Below are positions 61,824 through 64,000 of a stretch of DNA of 64,000 nucleotides, in pieces (the stretch's first letter is position 1; every line of letters starts with the position of its first letter). The notes under the pieces are model-generated. The model did not search any database and was not told the DNA's origin. It saw only the letters and a list, made by a program, of their open reading frames with translations. Location of the stretch: contig CAWHXP010000008.1 of NCBI GenBank assembly GCA_963833425.1, positions 1-64,000 on the forward strand. The letters are read 5' to 3'. Source of the DNA: an uncultured Methanosarcinaceae archaeon (GTDB taxonomy: Archaea; Halobacteriota; Methanosarcinia; Methanosarcinales; Methanosarcinaceae). The translations under genes and the position numbers were made by a program.

Positions 61824-62170
61824 GGCTCTGTAGAAATGCTCTAAATTGGACTTTTACACTAGAGTATTATAACTATTCTGTTATAATATTCTTCGTATTT
61901 TTTCGCTAAAAGCAGAGGAACTTTAAATACTGAAATTTAATAAGTACATAAAATTTGTTGATACCAGCCTTAAACGGTTCAGTCTTCGAGACTGAAGCTT
62001 TACTATGTAGGTATTCAAAACTCTTTTATACCCAGCATCAGTTTCTTATACTGGTTTTGTCGAAAGAATATATTAGTACAGACTATCGAGATTTTGTAGA
62101 ACTTATTGACATTATTAAACAAAAAAGTTATAGAAATAATTTGTATCAAATTAAGGATTTCTACGGAACC
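61824..62170 (+). mobile_element. Internally deleted derivative (347 bp) of the IS5 element at 20050-21052
   Basis: GGCTCTGTAGAAATGCTC left end, GATTTCTACGGAACC right end; transposase start joined directly to its last codons. Confidence 0.85.
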
Positions 62171-62980
62171 ACTAATTCGTGAGTTTAAAACGAATCTGAA
62201 ATTCTTTGAATATTAAGCATAATAAATGAAAGTACTTTTCCCTTTACTTTGTTGACCTTTGATTTCATTACTACTTTGTCGTGAAGGTCGATTAATTTTG
62301 TTTTGAGACCATTATAATACTAATCTGCGAATTGAAATCAAGACTCGAATGTTATATTGATCAAGTATGCCAAAATGATTTTAAGTAATTCCAATGCTAA
62401 ATAGATTTGTGATTTAAACTTTCAGGAATAGTAAACAGCTCTTGTTGTTTAGCCCCTCACAAAAATTTTTGATTTCTACAATTCTCATCACATCTTATGG
62501 GGGCTAATAACAAAATTTCATAGAGATGATGACGGAATTCTAGCTCATAAAATTCTTTGTATCAGAAAAAAATTAGATTATTATGTGCGATTAACAAGTG
62601 ATTCTTTGGAGCTTATTAAAGATTAATTGCTGATTTATTTAATCATCATGGTTGGAGGTGCAAGAGGCCAGAGCATTTATGCATAATTAGATTAGAAGTC
62701 ATCAAGAATTACTCTTAATAGCATTGTTAGACTATCAATTAGCTTCAAAAAATATCAACGAAAATTTCGATCTTATTTTAGGCTATCTTGCAAATTTGTA
62801 CAAGAGCATATACATAAAAAGGGACCTCGTCTCCCAATATTGCACCCTGAATCTTTCATATAAGTAATTTTTTCAAAGATATCATATAAAGTATGGTAGA
62901 ATTACAGATGAGAAATTTTTTCATGTTAGTGTTAGCCAAAAAAGAAGAATAAGGTATATTTAAAAAAAGGTTAAATTCCT

Positions 62981-63946
62981 TTATACATGCTTTATTCCAA
63001 AGGATTGGAGCAAAATTTCGGGATAAACTCCACCGCTCGAGATAATTTTTTTGCTTTTTAGGTCGTTTACATTAAGCCTAGCGGGCGCAAAAATACCTTC
63101 ATCAACTTTATAAAAGTCAAACCCTGCATCTTTGAAAGTTTGATAGAAAGGTTTTCCGAAATTGTGGGAATTTGTGGAAGGCACCTTCTGAACGAATTCT
63201 TCAAGTTCGCCAAGTTCCCCATCAAAGCATACTGTATAACTGGTTTCGCCGCAGTAAATCACGCAGTCATTGGTTGAACCCATGCAATGAACATCATTTC
63301 CGACTACCGGAGCAATGGGGGCAATACCGTATCCGCTCTTAATGCAATTGATGTCAAAGCCGATTGACTTGAATTTGTGAATTCCAGTTTCCACGACACG
63401 TGCCGAGATTTGGACAGCCCCGGCAATAGATGCGGTTGGAGCAACTGCAATCAGTGCATCTTCAGGGTTCACTCTGCATTGCTTAGCGATGTACTCGACA
63501 ACTCTTTCGTCAGGTAGCTTATCGGATTCTATGAACATAACTGCGGCTTGGAAGTCATCTTCATATCCAATCTTATCGTATAGTTCTCGGGGTTTTAAGG
63601 AAAGTGCACGCGCAGGACCTGAAACCATTCCGAAGTAATCTCCGACAGAGATCCTCCAGCCTGCATACTGGGAAGCCATACAAGCAATCATCGGATTGTC
63701 AGTTGCTATTTGAATGGCCGGCCACTTAATACCTTTTAGATCAGAAGTGGTATATCGTAGGTCAGCAAGGTCAGCTAAGCAGAGTCTTGCTATATACATA
63801 CCGGCTTCATATCCTCCATCTTTGTTAACTCCACAGTCGACAACTGTAGCCCCATTTTTGAGTTTTATAACTTCGATTTTCAAGTCTTCGCTCCAGTCGA
63901 GCATCTCTTCTATGACATACGATCCCATTTCATTGACACTTATCAA
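62981..63946 (-). CDS. mch: Methenyltetrahydromethanopterin cyclohydrolase
   Basis: [49 protein letters not shown]...FAPA. Confidence 0.96.
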   Translation of the reverse strand: MISVNEMGSYVIEEMLDWSEDLKIEVIKLKNGATVVDCGVNKDGGYEAGMYIARLCLADLADLRYTTSDLKGIKWPAIQIATDNPMIACMASQYAGWRISVGDYFGMVSGPARALSLKPRELYDKIGYEDDFQAAVMFIESDKLPDERVVEYIAKQCRVNPEDALIAVAPTASIAGAVQISARVVETGIHKFKSIGFDINCIKSGYGIAPIAPVVGNDVHCMGSTNDCVIYCGETSYTVCFDGELGELEEFVQKVPSTNSHNFGKPFYQTFKDAGFDFYKVDEGIFAPARLNVNDLKSKKIISSGGVYPEILLQSFGIKHV

Positions 63947-64000
63947 AGTAGCACCTTTCTAACTCTGGATAACAGAAATATTGTTCTTGTCAGGATAATT

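Overview
AT-rich archaeal DNA, most likely Methanosarcina (inferred from mch, an MCR component A2-like ATPase, DUF2769, a MEDS kinase and the IS types). Roughly the first 34 kb is an accessory region: a Cache-fused pentameric ligand-gated ion channel, lectin-like and repeat proteins, a radical SAM/SPASM maturase with a frameshifted Cys-rich precursor, two toxin-antitoxin loci and a decayed deiminase/decarboxylase/dipeptidase operon. The most striking unexplained structure is a series of about 15 copies of a 29-bp 11-7-11 inverted-repeat site (TGCAYAGNTTT-N7-AAANCTRTGCA). These sit between the accessory genes, reuse the spacer TGCTATA and carry interchangeable flanks, which suggests a recombination-site-delimited cassette array; no recombinase is encoded in the window. 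The rest holds a decayed phosphate locus, tRNA-Leu(UAA), IS6/IS5/IS200 elements and MITEs, about 20 pseudogenes and a few housekeeping genes. No CRISPR array or rRNA was seen. All family calls come from motif recognition by eye; no searches were run.
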